Of a DNA stretch of 35,804 nt, positions 17,451-27,062 are shown piece by piece (the first letter of the stretch is position 1; each line of letters opens with the position of its first letter). The position numbers and the translations under genes are program-made. This stretch comes from Oscillospiraceae bacterium (GTDB taxonomy: Bacteria; Bacillota; Clostridia; Oscillospirales; Oscillospiraceae): positions 1 through 35,804 of the forward strand of contig CADBOK010000018.1 of assembly GCA_902796245.1 (NCBI GenBank), in the 5' to 3' direction. The notes under the pieces were generated by a model. The model searched no databases. It saw only the letters and a program-made list of their open reading frames with translations, and was not told the origin of the DNA.

Positions 17451-19229
17451 TTACGTTTGCTGTGCGTCGATGCGCTCCTTGAGGTCGTTCAGATAGACCC
17501 AGCGCTCCGTTTTCGCGTCCAGCTCCGCCGTCAGCCGTTCCTGCTCGTCCGTGAGCACCTGCAGCCGGACATAGTCGCTGCCGCAGATCTCCTGCTCCTG
17601 TTTGCACGCGGCCAGCTGTGCTTCGAGCTCCGCAATCACGCTGTCGATCGCGTCAAATTCCCGCTGCTCGTTGTAGGAGAATTTCAGCTTCTTCTCACGC
17701 GGACGCTCAGAAACTGGTTTTTCCTGCCGTTCGGGCTTCTTTTCCTCCGCGGGCGTCCGTTTGCGCGCCCAGTCGGACCAGTTGCCGGTAAACACGTCGA
17801 CGCGGCCCTCCGGGCGCACCTCGAAGATGGTGTCCGCCAGCTTGTCGAGGAAGAAGCGGTCGTGTGAGACGGCGATAATGGGGCCGGGGAAGCCTTGCAG
17901 ATAGTCCTCCAGAATGGAGAGCGTCGTGATATCCAGATCGTTCGTCGGCTCGTCGAGCAGCAGCACGTTGGGAGCCGCCATCAGGATGGACAGCAGGTAT
18001 AGTCTCCGCCGCTCGCCGCCGGACAGCCGCCCGATGGTGGTCTGCTGCAGATCGGGCGGGAACAGGAAGCGCTCGAGCATCGTCTTGGCCGAGAACGTGC
18101 CCTCGTCCGTCTTCACCTGCGCGGCAACATTATAGATAAAGTCATATACGCGCTGGTTCAGATCCAGCTCACGGCCCTCCTGTGAAAAATGGCCGATTTT
18201 GACCGTCTCGCCCAGCTCGACCGTGCCGCTGTCCGGCGGGAGCTCACCCGCGAGGATGCGCAGGAGCGTCGATTTGCCCGCGCCGTTGCGGCCCACGATG
18301 CCGATGCGGTCATTGCGCAGAAGGCCGTAGGAAAAATCGCGGAAGATCATCCGCCCGTCGTAGCCCTTGGAGACATGCTCCAGCGTGATGATCTTTTTGC
18401 CGAGGCGGCTCGAGGCTGCCGAAAGCTGCACCGCGCTGTCGCGCTCAGGCGCTTTCTGCTCCTTCAGGTCTTCATAGCGCTGGATGCGCTCCTTGCTCTT
18501 CGTGCTCCGGGCCTGACAGCCGCGCAGGATCCATTCGCGCTCGACGCGCAGGATCGACTGCCGCTTGCGCTCGGACGCCTCCGCCATCTGCGCGCGCTGC
18601 TCCCGCAGCTCGAGATAGCGGGAGTAATTTGCCTCGTAGTGGTAGAGCTTTCCGCGCGAAAGCTCCGTGATGTGATTCACGACGCGCTCGAGAAAATACC
18701 GGTCGTGCGTGACCATGACGAGTCCGCCGCGGAATTTTTTCAGCCAGTCCTCCAGCCACTGCACCATCTCGGTGTCCAGATGGTTCGTCGGCTCGTCAAG
18801 CACCAGCACGTCCGCCGGGTGGATGAGCGCCGCGCACAGCGCGGCGCGGCGGCGCTCGCCGCCCGAAAGCGTCCCGATCAGCCGGTTTGTATCCGCAAGA
18901 CCGAGCTGCGTCAGCATGCGCTTGGCCTCATATTCGTTCAGCTGCCGGAATTCCGGCGGCATGCTGGCAAAGACCTGCTCGAGAATGGTCAGCTCGTCGC
19001 GCATGTCCGGGTTTTGGGCGAGCACGCTCACCTGTAAATTCGGCTTGCGGGCGATCGTCCCGCTGTCCGGCGGGAGCTTTCCGGCCAGAACCTTCAAAAA
19101 CGTCGACTTTCCGGTGCCGTTGATGCCGATGACGCCGGTCTTATCGCCCTCATTCAGATAAAAATCCACATCGTCCAGCAGCTGACGGCTGCCGAAATTG
19201 ATGGAAAGATGCTCCGCGGATATCAGCAT
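17451..19229 (-). CDS. ABC-F family ATPase (Uup/YfmR-like)
   Basis: Two NBDs without TMD (GINGTGKST/LSGGE/DEPTNHLD; GRNGAGKST/LSGGE/DEPTNDLD) and a C-terminal coiled coil. ATG 19229 follows GGAGG. Confidence 0.95.
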   Translation of the reverse strand: MLISAEHLSINFGSRQLLDDVDFYLNEGDKTGVIGINGTGKSTFLKVLAGKLPPDSGTIARKPNLQVSVLAQNPDMRDELTILEQVFASMPPEFRQLNEYEAKRMLTQLGLADTNRLIGTLSGGERRRAALCAALIHPADVLVLDEPTNHLDTEMVQWLEDWLKKFRGGLVMVTHDRYFLERVVNHITELSRGKLYHYEANYSRYLELREQRAQMAEASERKRQSILRVEREWILRGCQARSTKSKERIQRYEDLKEQKAPERDSAVQLSAASSRLGKKIITLEHVSKGYDGRMIFRDFSYGLLRNDRIGIVGRNGAGKSTLLRILAGELPPDSGTVELGETVKIGHFSQEGRELDLNQRVYDFIYNVAAQVKTDEGTFSAKTMLERFLFPPDLQQTTIGRLSGGERRRLYLLSILMAAPNVLLLDEPTNDLDITTLSILEDYLQGFPGPIIAVSHDRFFLDKLADTIFEVRPEGRVDVFTGNWSDWARKRTPAEEKKPERQEKPVSERPREKKLKFSYNEQREFDAIDSVIAELEAQLAACKQEQEICGSDYVRLQVLTDEQERLTAELDAKTERWVYLNDLKERIDAQQT

Positions 19230-19296
19230 AAAATTCCTCCTGCAAGGGGTTTCTGCCTGTATTCTATCACAGCTTCCGCCGGAAATCACGTGCTTC

Positions 19297-19325
19297 TTGC
19301 ATTTGCTCCGTGTTTCTGCTATCAT
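19297..19325 (+). promoter_or_regulatory. sigmaA promoter of the HAD-amidohydrolase genes
   Basis: TTGCAT-17-TATCAT with extended TG. Confidence 0.6.
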
Positions 19326-19358
19326 GGGGGCGAAAAACCGATGAAACGGGGGGTGTTT

Positions 19359-20198
19359 ATGGAGCCTGTGAAGCTGCTGGCGCTCGATCTGGACGGGACG
19401 CTTCTGAACGCCCAAAAGGAGCTGACGCCGCGCACCCGCGACGCGCTCTATGCCGCAGCGGAGGCAGGCGTCGAGGTTGTGCCGACGACGGGACGTTTTT
19501 TTACAGGCATGCCGGAGGTCATTCAAAAGCTGCCGTTTCTGCACTACGCCATTACCATCAACGGCGCGCAGGTCTATGATATCCGTGAGAATAAAGCCGT
19601 CAGCACGGCGGAAATTCCGCTGGAGACGGCGCTGCGGGTTCTGGACTATCTCGACGGCTTCCCCGTAATCTACGATTGCTATCAGGACAACTGGGGTTGG
19701 ATGACGCGCAGCATGCAGGAAAACGCGGCTGCATTTGTCCCCATCGACCACTCGCTGCGCATGGTGCGCAGTCTGCGCACGCCGGTCGACGAGCTCAAGG
19801 CGTATCTGCGGGAGCAGAACCGCAGCGTGCAGAAGCTGCAGCTGTTCACGCCGGACGACGCGCTACGCCTCGGACTGCTCAAGGACCTTGCGGAGCGTTT
19901 TCCCAGCCTGAGCGTCAGCACGTCCATGCCCTGCAACATCGAGCTCAACGACGCGCACGCCAACAAGGGCGAGGCCATCGCGAGCCTGGCGGCGTACCTC
20001 GGTCTGCCGATGGAAGCGACGATGGCCATCGGCGACGGGCTGAACGACAGGAGCATGATCCGGATGGCGGGCGTCGGCGTGGCCATGGCGAATGCCGCGC
20101 CGGAGATCCTTGCAATCGCGGACGAGACGACCGCCTCATGCGACGAAGACGGCGCGGCGCTTGCCATCGAGCGGCACTGCGTACCGGGAAGGGTGTAA
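19359..20198 (+). CDS. Cof-type HAD-IIB phosphatase
   Basis: ALDLDGTLL, TTGR, ITINGA, NKG, AIGDGLND...VAMANA. Confidence 0.95.
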   Translation: MEPVKLLALDLDGTLLNAQKELTPRTRDALYAAAEAGVEVVPTTGRFFTGMPEVIQKLPFLHYAITINGAQVYDIRENKAVSTAEIPLETALRVLDYLDGFPVIYDCYQDNWGWMTRSMQENAAAFVPIDHSLRMVRSLRTPVDELKAYLREQNRSVQKLQLFTPDDALRLGLLKDLAERFPSLSVSTSMPCNIELNDAHANKGEAIASLAAYLGLPMEATMAIGDGLNDRSMIRMAGVGVAMANAAPEILAIADETTASCDEDGAALAIERHCVPGRV

Positions 20199-20203
20199 CC
20201 AAA

Positions 20204-21055
20204 ATGCTTGACTGTCATATCCATATGGTGCTGGACGGCGTCAATTGGAAGGACGCCATCGCGCGGCACAAAGCAGCGCCGCAGGAGGCGCTCATCCGGA
20301 AGACGATGGAACGCTATCAGGCGCTGGGGTTTACCTATCTGCGCGACGGCGGCGACCGCTGGGGCGTGTGCGCTCTGGCGGCGAAGCTGGCCCCGGAATA
20401 CGGTATCCGGTACCGCTCGCCGGGTTTCCCGATCTACAAATCCGGGCATTACGGCGGCTTCATCGGGCGCGGCTTTGACGAGCTTGCAGAATACCGCGCG
20501 CTTGTCCGCGAAGCGAAGCGGCAGGGCGCGCATTTTGTGAAAGTCATGATCTCCGGTCTGATGGATTTTGACCATTACGGCGTTCTGACGGACGAGCCGC
20601 TGCCGCCGGGTTTGATCCGGGACATGATCGCCTGCGCGCACGACGAGGGCTTTTCCGTTATGGCCCACGCCAACGGCGAGAAGACCGTGCGCGCTGCGCT
20701 TGCGGGCGGCGTGGACTCGATCGAGCACGGCGCATATCTCACGGACGAAACGCTCTGCCAGCTTGCCGAGTCCCATGCCGTCTGGGTGCCGACGCTCGTG
20801 ACGATCGGAAATCTCATCGGCTGCGGCCGCTTTCCGGATACGGTTTTAAAGCCGCTGCTGGCCTATCAGATGAACGCCGTGCAAAAAGCCGCTGCGCTGG
20901 GCGCAAAAATCGCCTGCGGCAGCGACGCGGGCGCGTACCGCGTCCTGCACGGGCAGGGCGGGATAGACGAGCGCGCGCTTTTGCGCCGCGCCATTGGAGA
21001 CGGCGCGGACGCGGTGCTGGGCGTGGGCAACGCTGCAATCGTGGAGCGGTTTTAA
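20204..21055 (+). CDS. Amidohydrolase-superfamily metallohydrolase (Xaa-Pro dipeptidase-like)
   Basis: DCHIH, RDGG, VKVM, MAHANG, SIEHG, GSDAG. Confidence 0.88.
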   Translation: MLDCHIHMVLDGVNWKDAIARHKAAPQEALIRKTMERYQALGFTYLRDGGDRWGVCALAAKLAPEYGIRYRSPGFPIYKSGHYGGFIGRGFDELAEYRALVREAKRQGAHFVKVMISGLMDFDHYGVLTDEPLPPGLIRDMIACAHDEGFSVMAHANGEKTVRAALAGGVDSIEHGAYLTDETLCQLAESHAVWVPTLVTIGNLIGCGRFPDTVLKPLLAYQMNAVQKAAALGAKIACGSDAGAYRVLHGQGGIDERALLRRAIGDGADAVLGVGNAAIVERF

Positions 21056-21148
21056 AATCTGATCCTAAAAAAATATCTGTTTTTGCATCTTTTTATAGGA
21101 CCAGCATCGGATATAATCAGGGTATCCCAACAAGAGAGGTACTCCGGT

Positions 21149-21685
21149 ATGAAAAAGAGAAACGAAACCATCCGTATGCTGGTTCTGAGCGCGATGTTCG
21201 CCGCGCTGTGCTGTGTGACGACGATGCTGGTGCAGTTCCCGACCGTCGCGGGGTATACCAACATCGGCGAGGGCATGTGTTTGCTTTCCGGTCTGGTGCT
21301 CGGCCCGTGGTACGGCTTCTTTGCCGCCGGGATCGGCAGTGGTCTTGCCGATCTGCTGGCGGGCTACGCGCATTATGTCCCCGGCACGTTTATCATCAAG
21401 GGCCTTGTGGCGCTGGTGGCCGCGCTGCTGCTGCGGCCGCTGCTGAAAAAGGGCGAGAAGATCCCGTTCTGGCGTCTGGCGCTCATCGAGCTGCCGTCCG
21501 AGGCCATCATGGTCGCCGGGTATTTCGGCTATAAGGCGCTAATTCTCGGCAAGGGCCTTGCCGCCGCCGCGTCGATCCCCAACAATCTGGTGCAGGCCGC
21601 CGTCGGCATTGTTCTGTCCGTCGTGCTCTACACCGCGCTGTCCAAGGTTCCCGAAATTCATAAGGCATTCTGGAAGGGTGAATAA
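21149..21685 (+). CDS. ECF transporter S component (HmpT/PdxU2-like)
   Basis: 178 aa, hydrophobic; GYTNIGEG...LGPWYGFFAAGIGSGLADLLAGY...PGTFIIKG. Confidence 0.88.
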   Translation: MKKRNETIRMLVLSAMFAALCCVTTMLVQFPTVAGYTNIGEGMCLLSGLVLGPWYGFFAAGIGSGLADLLAGYAHYVPGTFIIKGLVALVAALLLRPLLKKGEKIPFWRLALIELPSEAIMVAGYFGYKALILGKGLAAAASIPNNLVQAAVGIVLSVVLYTALSKVPEIHKAFWKGE

Positions 21686-21688
21686 ATC

Positions 21689-22234
21689 ATGTATGAAGAA
21701 CTTACCGCGCAGGCGAAGCAGGCCGTTACGGAACTGCTGGACATTGCAAAGCTGAAGCCCGGCAAGCTGTTTGTCGTCGGCTGCTCGTCGAGCGAAATGG
21801 TCGGCGCGCGCATCGGCAAGGGCTCGAGCCTCGAGGCTGCGCAGGCCGCGTTCGCGGGCATTTATCCTGTTTTGCAGGCGCGCGGCATCGAGCTTGCCGT
21901 GCAGTGCTGCGAACACCTCAACCGCGCGCTTGTCGTGGAGCGCGATGTGGCCGAGGCGCACGGCTTTGAGATTGTCAACGCTATCCCGCAGCTGCATGCG
22001 GGTGGATCGTTTGCCATGACGGCGTGGGCCAATTTTAAAGATCCCGTGCTCGTCGAGACGATCGTTGCCGACGCGGGCATCGACATCGGCGACACGCTCA
22101 TCGGCATGCACCTGCGCCGCGTCGCGATTCCCGTGCGCCTGTCGATCAAGAAGATCGGCGAGGCCAATATCCTCTGCGCCCGCACGCGCCCCAAATACAT
22201 CGGCGGCGCCCGGGCCGTCTATCAGGAGCTGTAA
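21689..22234 (+). CDS. ywlG: TIGR01440/UPF0340 (DUF436) family protein
   Basis: VGCSSSE, QCCEHLNRALVVER, HAGGS, AGIDIGDTLIGMHL, RTRPKYIGG. Confidence 0.9.
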   Translation: MYEELTAQAKQAVTELLDIAKLKPGKLFVVGCSSSEMVGARIGKGSSLEAAQAAFAGIYPVLQARGIELAVQCCEHLNRALVVERDVAEAHGFEIVNAIPQLHAGGSFAMTAWANFKDPVLVETIVADAGIDIGDTLIGMHLRRVAIPVRLSIKKIGEANILCARTRPKYIGGARAVYQEL

Positions 22235-22236
22235 AC

Positions 22237-22266
22237 AAAAGCGCCAGCCAACCGGCTGGCGCTTTT
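22237..22266. terminator. Bidirectional intrinsic terminator
   Basis: AAAAGCGCCAGCC-AACC-GGCTGGCGCTTTT between convergent genes. Confidence 0.85.
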
Positions 22267-22320
22267 ACGTCTGTCAGAAAATGCTTTGTCTGTTTTACGC
22301 CGCGGCGTTTCGGGCTTGCT

Positions 22321-22426
22321 TATAGGGGCGGACGCCTCTGTCCGCCCGCAGAAAGCAGCGTTTTTATTGAAAACGACCGGCGAATTCGCAATATTGAAGG
22401 GGCCGACAGAGTCGTCGGCCCCTACA
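22321..22426. repeat. REPIN-like inverted pair of GTAGGGG-type REP palindromes
   Basis: TATAGGGGCGGACGCCTCTGTCCGCCC and the inverted TGTAGGGGCCGACGACTCTGTCGGCCC, ~50 bp apart. Confidence 0.75.
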
Positions 22427-22452
22427 GGGAGTTTGCGATTTTGCGGCTCTGC

Positions 22453-23667
22453 TCAGATGATCTTGCCGAGGCCCGCGGTCTTCGCGGCCTGCGCGGCGCG
22501 GCGCAGAGCGGAGACGGACTCGCCCTCGAGGAAGTAAGCGTACATGTCGAGGATCATCCCGGCCAGCTCCGAATCGGCCTCCAGACCGGAGACCTCCTTC
22601 AGAACCTTCGCCGCTTCCTCCTTCGACTGCTCAATACCTGCCTCGTTCAGATAGCGGTATACCGCGCCGGCTGCGCCGACGGCGATATACGCGGGCTTCA
22701 CGCCCTGTTCGAGGCACAGCAGGCTCGAACCGATCAGACGGTCGGCCGCGCCGAGCTTCCGTGTCGGGTCGCCGCCGACACGCTTGCAGGTGTCCTTCAG
22801 CGCGGCGTTGCGGAAGCGGCCGAGAAGATCCGTGATGTGCAGCATCAGGCCGTCCAGCTCGACGCTGTACTTCTTGGAAAGCGCCAGCGCGCTTTCCAGC
22901 ATGGCGTTCTGCACGATGGTCAGAACCTCGGGATCGTCGATGGACTGGTAAATGTACTTCCGGCCCTCGTAGCCGCCGAGGTACGCGCAGGTCGCGTGGC
23001 CCATGTTGTGGACGTACAGCTTGCGCTTGATATAAAAATCAAACGGCTCAAACGGAACCATATTCGTAATTTCCGGAATTTCGCCCTTGAACGCAGCCTT
23101 GTCGACCGGCAGGAAGCCGTAGCGCTCGACGCACACGCGCATCGGATCGCCGTCCTTCATCTCTTCCGTCTGCACCGGAACCATGCGGCCGATGGACGCC
23201 TCGACCAGACCGACCTTTTCATCGAAATGCTTCTTCTCCTCGTCGGTCAGGAGATCCTTCAGCATGCCCTCCATGACCTTGTTGGCGTCCATCAGGTTTT
23301 CGCAGATGATGATGTTGAGCGGACGGTCGTCCCGCGCCCAGCGCTTTCTGAGACCTGCAACGATGTTGCCGACGATGAACTTGAGGATTCTCGCACCGAC
23401 CGCCGTCGCCATGATGTCGCAGTTCGCGATGGCCTCGGAGGCCGCCTCCTGATCGTTGCCGTTGACCGCGGTCACATGCTCGATCGTGACGTCCTCATGT
23501 CCTTCGCTGGAGACATAGCGGACGGGGTACTGCTTGTTTTCCTGCAAAGCCTTGACCACGGGCTCGGCCACGTCGATGAATGTGACCTCGTAGCCGGACT
23601 GGCTGAGCGTTGCGCCGATAAAGCCGCGGCCGATGTTTCCGCCGCCGTACATAACTGCCTGTTTCAT
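22453..23667 (-). CDS. mtlD: Mannitol-1-phosphate 5-dehydrogenase-like polyol-phosphate dehydrogenase
   Basis: MKQAVMYGGGNIGRGFIG, TAVG, IICEN, IKRKLYVHNMGHA, RVGGDPTRKL..DRL. Substrate not established. Confidence 0.8.
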   Translation of the reverse strand: MKQAVMYGGGNIGRGFIGATLSQSGYEVTFIDVAEPVVKALQENKQYPVRYVSSEGHEDVTIEHVTAVNGNDQEAASEAIANCDIMATAVGARILKFIVGNIVAGLRKRWARDDRPLNIIICENLMDANKVMEGMLKDLLTDEEKKHFDEKVGLVEASIGRMVPVQTEEMKDGDPMRVCVERYGFLPVDKAAFKGEIPEITNMVPFEPFDFYIKRKLYVHNMGHATCAYLGGYEGRKYIYQSIDDPEVLTIVQNAMLESALALSKKYSVELDGLMLHITDLLGRFRNAALKDTCKRVGGDPTRKLGAADRLIGSSLLCLEQGVKPAYIAVGAAGAVYRYLNEAGIEQSKEEAAKVLKEVSGLEADSELAGMILDMYAYFLEGESVSALRRAAQAAKTAGLGKII

Positions 23668-23683
23668 ACTCTGACCTCTTCTC

Positions 23684-24688
23684 TTATTTTCCGTAAAGCT
23701 CATAGAGCTTCAAAACCTCGTCCTTTGTCTTCACACCATCCGATGCGCTGACCTCGCTGAGGGAGGCCGCCGCGCTGCACGCGCCGAGCTTCAAAGCCTC
23801 CTGCAGCGGCATATCCGTCTCCGCCGCGTACAATACGCCCGCGCAGAACGCATCGCCCGCGCCGACGGTGCCCTTGATATAGCCCTTCGGGAGCTTGAGA
23901 CTCTCGAATTCGTAGTAATTGCCGTTCTCATCCATGCCGCAGCCGAGCTCCGGGCAGTGAATGACAGCCCATTTGGCAACGCCCAGCTCGTGCAGCTTCT
24001 GAAGCGCCTGCTTCATGTTCTCCACATGCAGCGCGCCGTCCTCTCCGCGCAGCAGAACGCCCGTGGTCTGCTGGGCCTCGAGCTCGTTGATGATGCAGTA
24101 GTCGGTGTACCTGAGCGCCGGGGTCACGAGGCGCGCAAAGCGCTCGCCCGCCTCGGATACAACGTCGATGGACGTCTTCATCCCGGCCTTCTGCGCCCGG
24201 TGCAGAAGCCGCGCCATCTTCGTGCCGTATTCTGCGTCCGGTTCGTCCAGATGCGGCAGCAGAAGAATATAGCCGATGTGGAAAATGTCGACGTCGAGCT
24301 TGTCCCAGTCGATATCGTCTTCTCCATAATAGGCGTTGCCGCCCGCGTACTGGAAGAAGGTGCGCTCCTTTGTCTGGTTATTGGACATGACAGCCGTAAA
24401 CGACGTATCGCCGCTGCGCCTGACCATGGAAAGGTCGATATTCTTGTATTTGCCCATCTCCCGCAGGACAAAATCGCCTTCGGCGTCGTGCCCGGCAAAG
24501 CCGGAGGCCACGAGCGGCAGCTTGGGATCGAGCCGCGCGAGATCGGAGATGGTGTTGCAGACCGAGCCGCCGGTGGAGCGGGTGATGCCCTCGGTGATGT
24601 GCGTCAATTCATTCTGCTTCGGCCAGGTTTCGATCGGGTAGGTGATATCCACGATCATGTTGCCCGCGCAGCAAATGCCTTTTTTCAT
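23684..24688 (-). CDS. PfkB/ribokinase-family carbohydrate kinase
   Basis: TGGSVCN, INELEA, GTVGAGDAFCAG. Confidence 0.93.
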   Translation of the reverse strand: MKKGICCAGNMIVDITYPIETWPKQNELTHITEGITRSTGGSVCNTISDLARLDPKLPLVASGFAGHDAEGDFVLREMGKYKNIDLSMVRRSGDTSFTAVMSNNQTKERTFFQYAGGNAYYGEDDIDWDKLDVDIFHIGYILLLPHLDEPDAEYGTKMARLLHRAQKAGMKTSIDVVSEAGERFARLVTPALRYTDYCIINELEAQQTTGVLLRGEDGALHVENMKQALQKLHELGVAKWAVIHCPELGCGMDENGNYYEFESLKLPKGYIKGTVGAGDAFCAGVLYAAETDMPLQEALKLGACSAAASLSEVSASDGVKTKDEVLKLYELYGK

Positions 24689-24824
24689 ACGTCCTCCCTG
24701 TTTTCAGGGGCCGTGCGGCCCTTGTTTTTTTCTCTGTATCCTGTTATTATGAGGGAAAGAGGCGGGCTTAGCACCGATGAAGATGCGCCTGATGCCCGAC
24801 AAAGATGCTTTTTTGGTGAAAAGA

Positions 24825-25766
24825 ATGGAAATCTACAATGAATACGAACTGATCTCGCATTCCAAGCTGGCAGACTGTACCATGTTTATCGTCGACATGG
24901 TCTACCGGCCCATGCACCTGCATAAGGAGCTGGAGCTGTGCGTGGTGCTGAGCGGCGGCTGCCGCGTCAGCACCGACTGGCAGAGCTTTGAGGCCGGGCC
25001 GGGGGAGATTTTGCTGTTTGACGCGGGCAGCAGCCATGAGCTCTGCGCCTCCGGCGCGCCCGCAAGACTTCTGACGCTGCAGATCTCCAACAGCTTCTGC
25101 GCCCGCTTTTATCCGCAGATCCGCAGCATCCGCTTCGGCTGCCGGGGGCTGTCCGCCTGTCTGACGCAGGCGCAGCTGGCGGCGCTGCGCCGCGCGATGC
25201 TGCTGGCCCTTTCCGCCTATCTGCGCGACGCGCCGGAATCGCCGTTTGCCTGCATGGCGCAGGTCAATGAGATCTTTGCCATGCTGCTCGGCAATACGCC
25301 GTACCGCGTGCTGAGCGACACGGAAAATCTGACGCAGACGCGCAACGCCGAGCGCATGCACCGCATTCTGCATTATCTGGAGACGCATTATTCCGAGCCC
25401 GTCCGCCTCAGTGAGATCGCGGAGCGGGAGGGGCTGACGCAGACATACCTCTCGCACCTGTTCCGCGAGCAGCTGCACATCCCGTTTCAGGATTACCTGG
25501 CCCGGCTCCGGCTGGAGGCGGCGATGCTCCTGCTGCGGCAGTCCGACACGACGCTGACCGACGCGGCCTATGCCTGCGGCTTCTCCGATCCCAAATACCT
25601 GAACCGGAGCTTTCAGAAGAACCTCGGCATGACGCCGCGTCAGTGGCTGCTGGAAAACCGCCCGGACCCGAGCCGCGCGCCGTCTGCGGAGGACCCGCGT
25701 ACAGCGCAGCGCATCCTGACGCCCGGCGAGTGCCGGGCGCTGCTGGATGCGCTGGAGATTCCGTAG
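24825..25766 (+). CDS. AraC-family transcriptional regulator
   Basis: Cupin HLHKELE and C-terminal double HTH (YLSHLFRE...ACGFSDPKYLNRSFQKNLGMTPRQW). Start 24825 or 24777. Confidence 0.92.
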   Translation: MEIYNEYELISHSKLADCTMFIVDMVYRPMHLHKELELCVVLSGGCRVSTDWQSFEAGPGEILLFDAGSSHELCASGAPARLLTLQISNSFCARFYPQIRSIRFGCRGLSACLTQAQLAALRRAMLLALSAYLRDAPESPFACMAQVNEIFAMLLGNTPYRVLSDTENLTQTRNAERMHRILHYLETHYSEPVRLSEIAEREGLTQTYLSHLFREQLHIPFQDYLARLRLEAAMLLLRQSDTTLTDAAYACGFSDPKYLNRSFQKNLGMTPRQWLLENRPDPSRAPSAEDPRTAQRILTPGECRALLDALEIP

Positions 25767-25772
25767 GGAATT

Positions 25773-26825
25773 TCAGATCTTCATAATTTTCAGCTCTTCG
25801 CCGCTTGCGTAGGCCTTTTCCATGATGCGCTGGACATGCACGGCGTCGGACGCGGGCACGACGAGGGGTTTATCGTTCAGAATGGAGTCCGAGAAGCTCT
25901 CAATCTCGCGTGTGTACATGTTGCCGAAGTTGCCGGGGATATCAATGCCCGCGTCGTCGGCGTGGGTCTGCTCGGCGGAGTAGGCGACGTTTTTGTCGAT
26001 AAACACGGCGTTCAGCTTGCCGCCGTCGATCTGGCCGATCATCGTGTCGCCCAGCAGACGGCCCTTCGTGCCGAAAAATTCAACGCGCCACTTCGAGGCC
26101 TCGTCCGGGATATTGAAGTTGGACTGCACGACGCACTGCGCGCCGTTTTCCATGCGCATGAGGATGGTGGACGTATCCTCGACGTCATACTGCGGCTCGG
26201 GGAAGGCGATTTTTTCGTTCATGGACGCGACCTCGGTCACGCGCATGCCGGTGATGTATTCCATGAGGTCGATGGTGTGCACCGACAGATCCATCATCGC
26301 GCCACCGCCGGCCTTGGCCTTGCACTGGCGCCAGTTGCCGGGCTCATACGGGAGCCAGAGCGTAAACTGCGAATAACCGGATACGACCGTGCCGATTTTC
26401 CCTTCGGCGATGGCCTTTTTCATGCTCATGACGTGCGAGCCGAAGCGCATCATAAAGCCCGCCGCGATCTTTACACCCTTGTGTTCACAGTACTCGATGA
26501 CCTCCTGGCCCTCGTCGGACGTCATGGCCAGCGGCTTTTCGATCAGAATGTCCTTGCCGTAATCGGCGGCCAGCTTCGCCTGCTTCGCGTGCAGGACGAT
26601 GGGCGTGGCGATATAGACGGCGTCGACCTCCGGGTCTGCCAGCAGATCCTCTTCCTTTGTATAGCCGCGCTTCGCGCCGTATTTCTGGCGGATTTTTTCG
26701 ACCTGCCCGGCGTTGATGTCCATGACGGCGATGAGCTCGGCGTTTTCAGCCAGCATCATGCCGGGGATCGTTCTGCGGTCCGCAATGCCGCCGGCGCCGA
26801 TTACGCCCCAACGTAATTTTTTCAT
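25773..26825 (-). CDS. Gfo/Idh/MocA-family NAD(P)-dependent oxidoreductase
   Basis: WGVIGAGGIA, VDAVYIATP, LIEKP, GGGAMMDLSVHTID. Confidence 0.93.
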   Translation of the reverse strand: MKKLRWGVIGAGGIADRRTIPGMMLAENAELIAVMDINAGQVEKIRQKYGAKRGYTKEEDLLADPEVDAVYIATPIVLHAKQAKLAADYGKDILIEKPLAMTSDEGQEVIEYCEHKGVKIAAGFMMRFGSHVMSMKKAIAEGKIGTVVSGYSQFTLWLPYEPGNWRQCKAKAGGGAMMDLSVHTIDLMEYITGMRVTEVASMNEKIAFPEPQYDVEDTSTILMRMENGAQCVVQSNFNIPDEASKWRVEFFGTKGRLLGDTMIGQIDGGKLNAVFIDKNVAYSAEQTHADDAGIDIPGNFGNMYTREIESFSDSILNDKPLVVPASDAVHVQRIMEKAYASGEELKIMKI

Positions 26826-27062
26826 ATGCTCCGCTCCTCTGCAAATCTGTAGACCGCCTGCGGCGGTCTATTTTCAGTATAGCACAGCCCCGCCGGGATG
26901 AAAAGGGAATTCCGTATAAAAACCGGGAAATCCAACGACAATCCAAAAAACCGTGCAGACTGGACCCGGCAGGCGGTGCAGAAACCGGCTTCGCCGAGCC
27001 GGAGAGGTCACGCAGCAGTATGTAGCGGATTTTATATGAATGATCGGCGAATTTGTAAGCCC

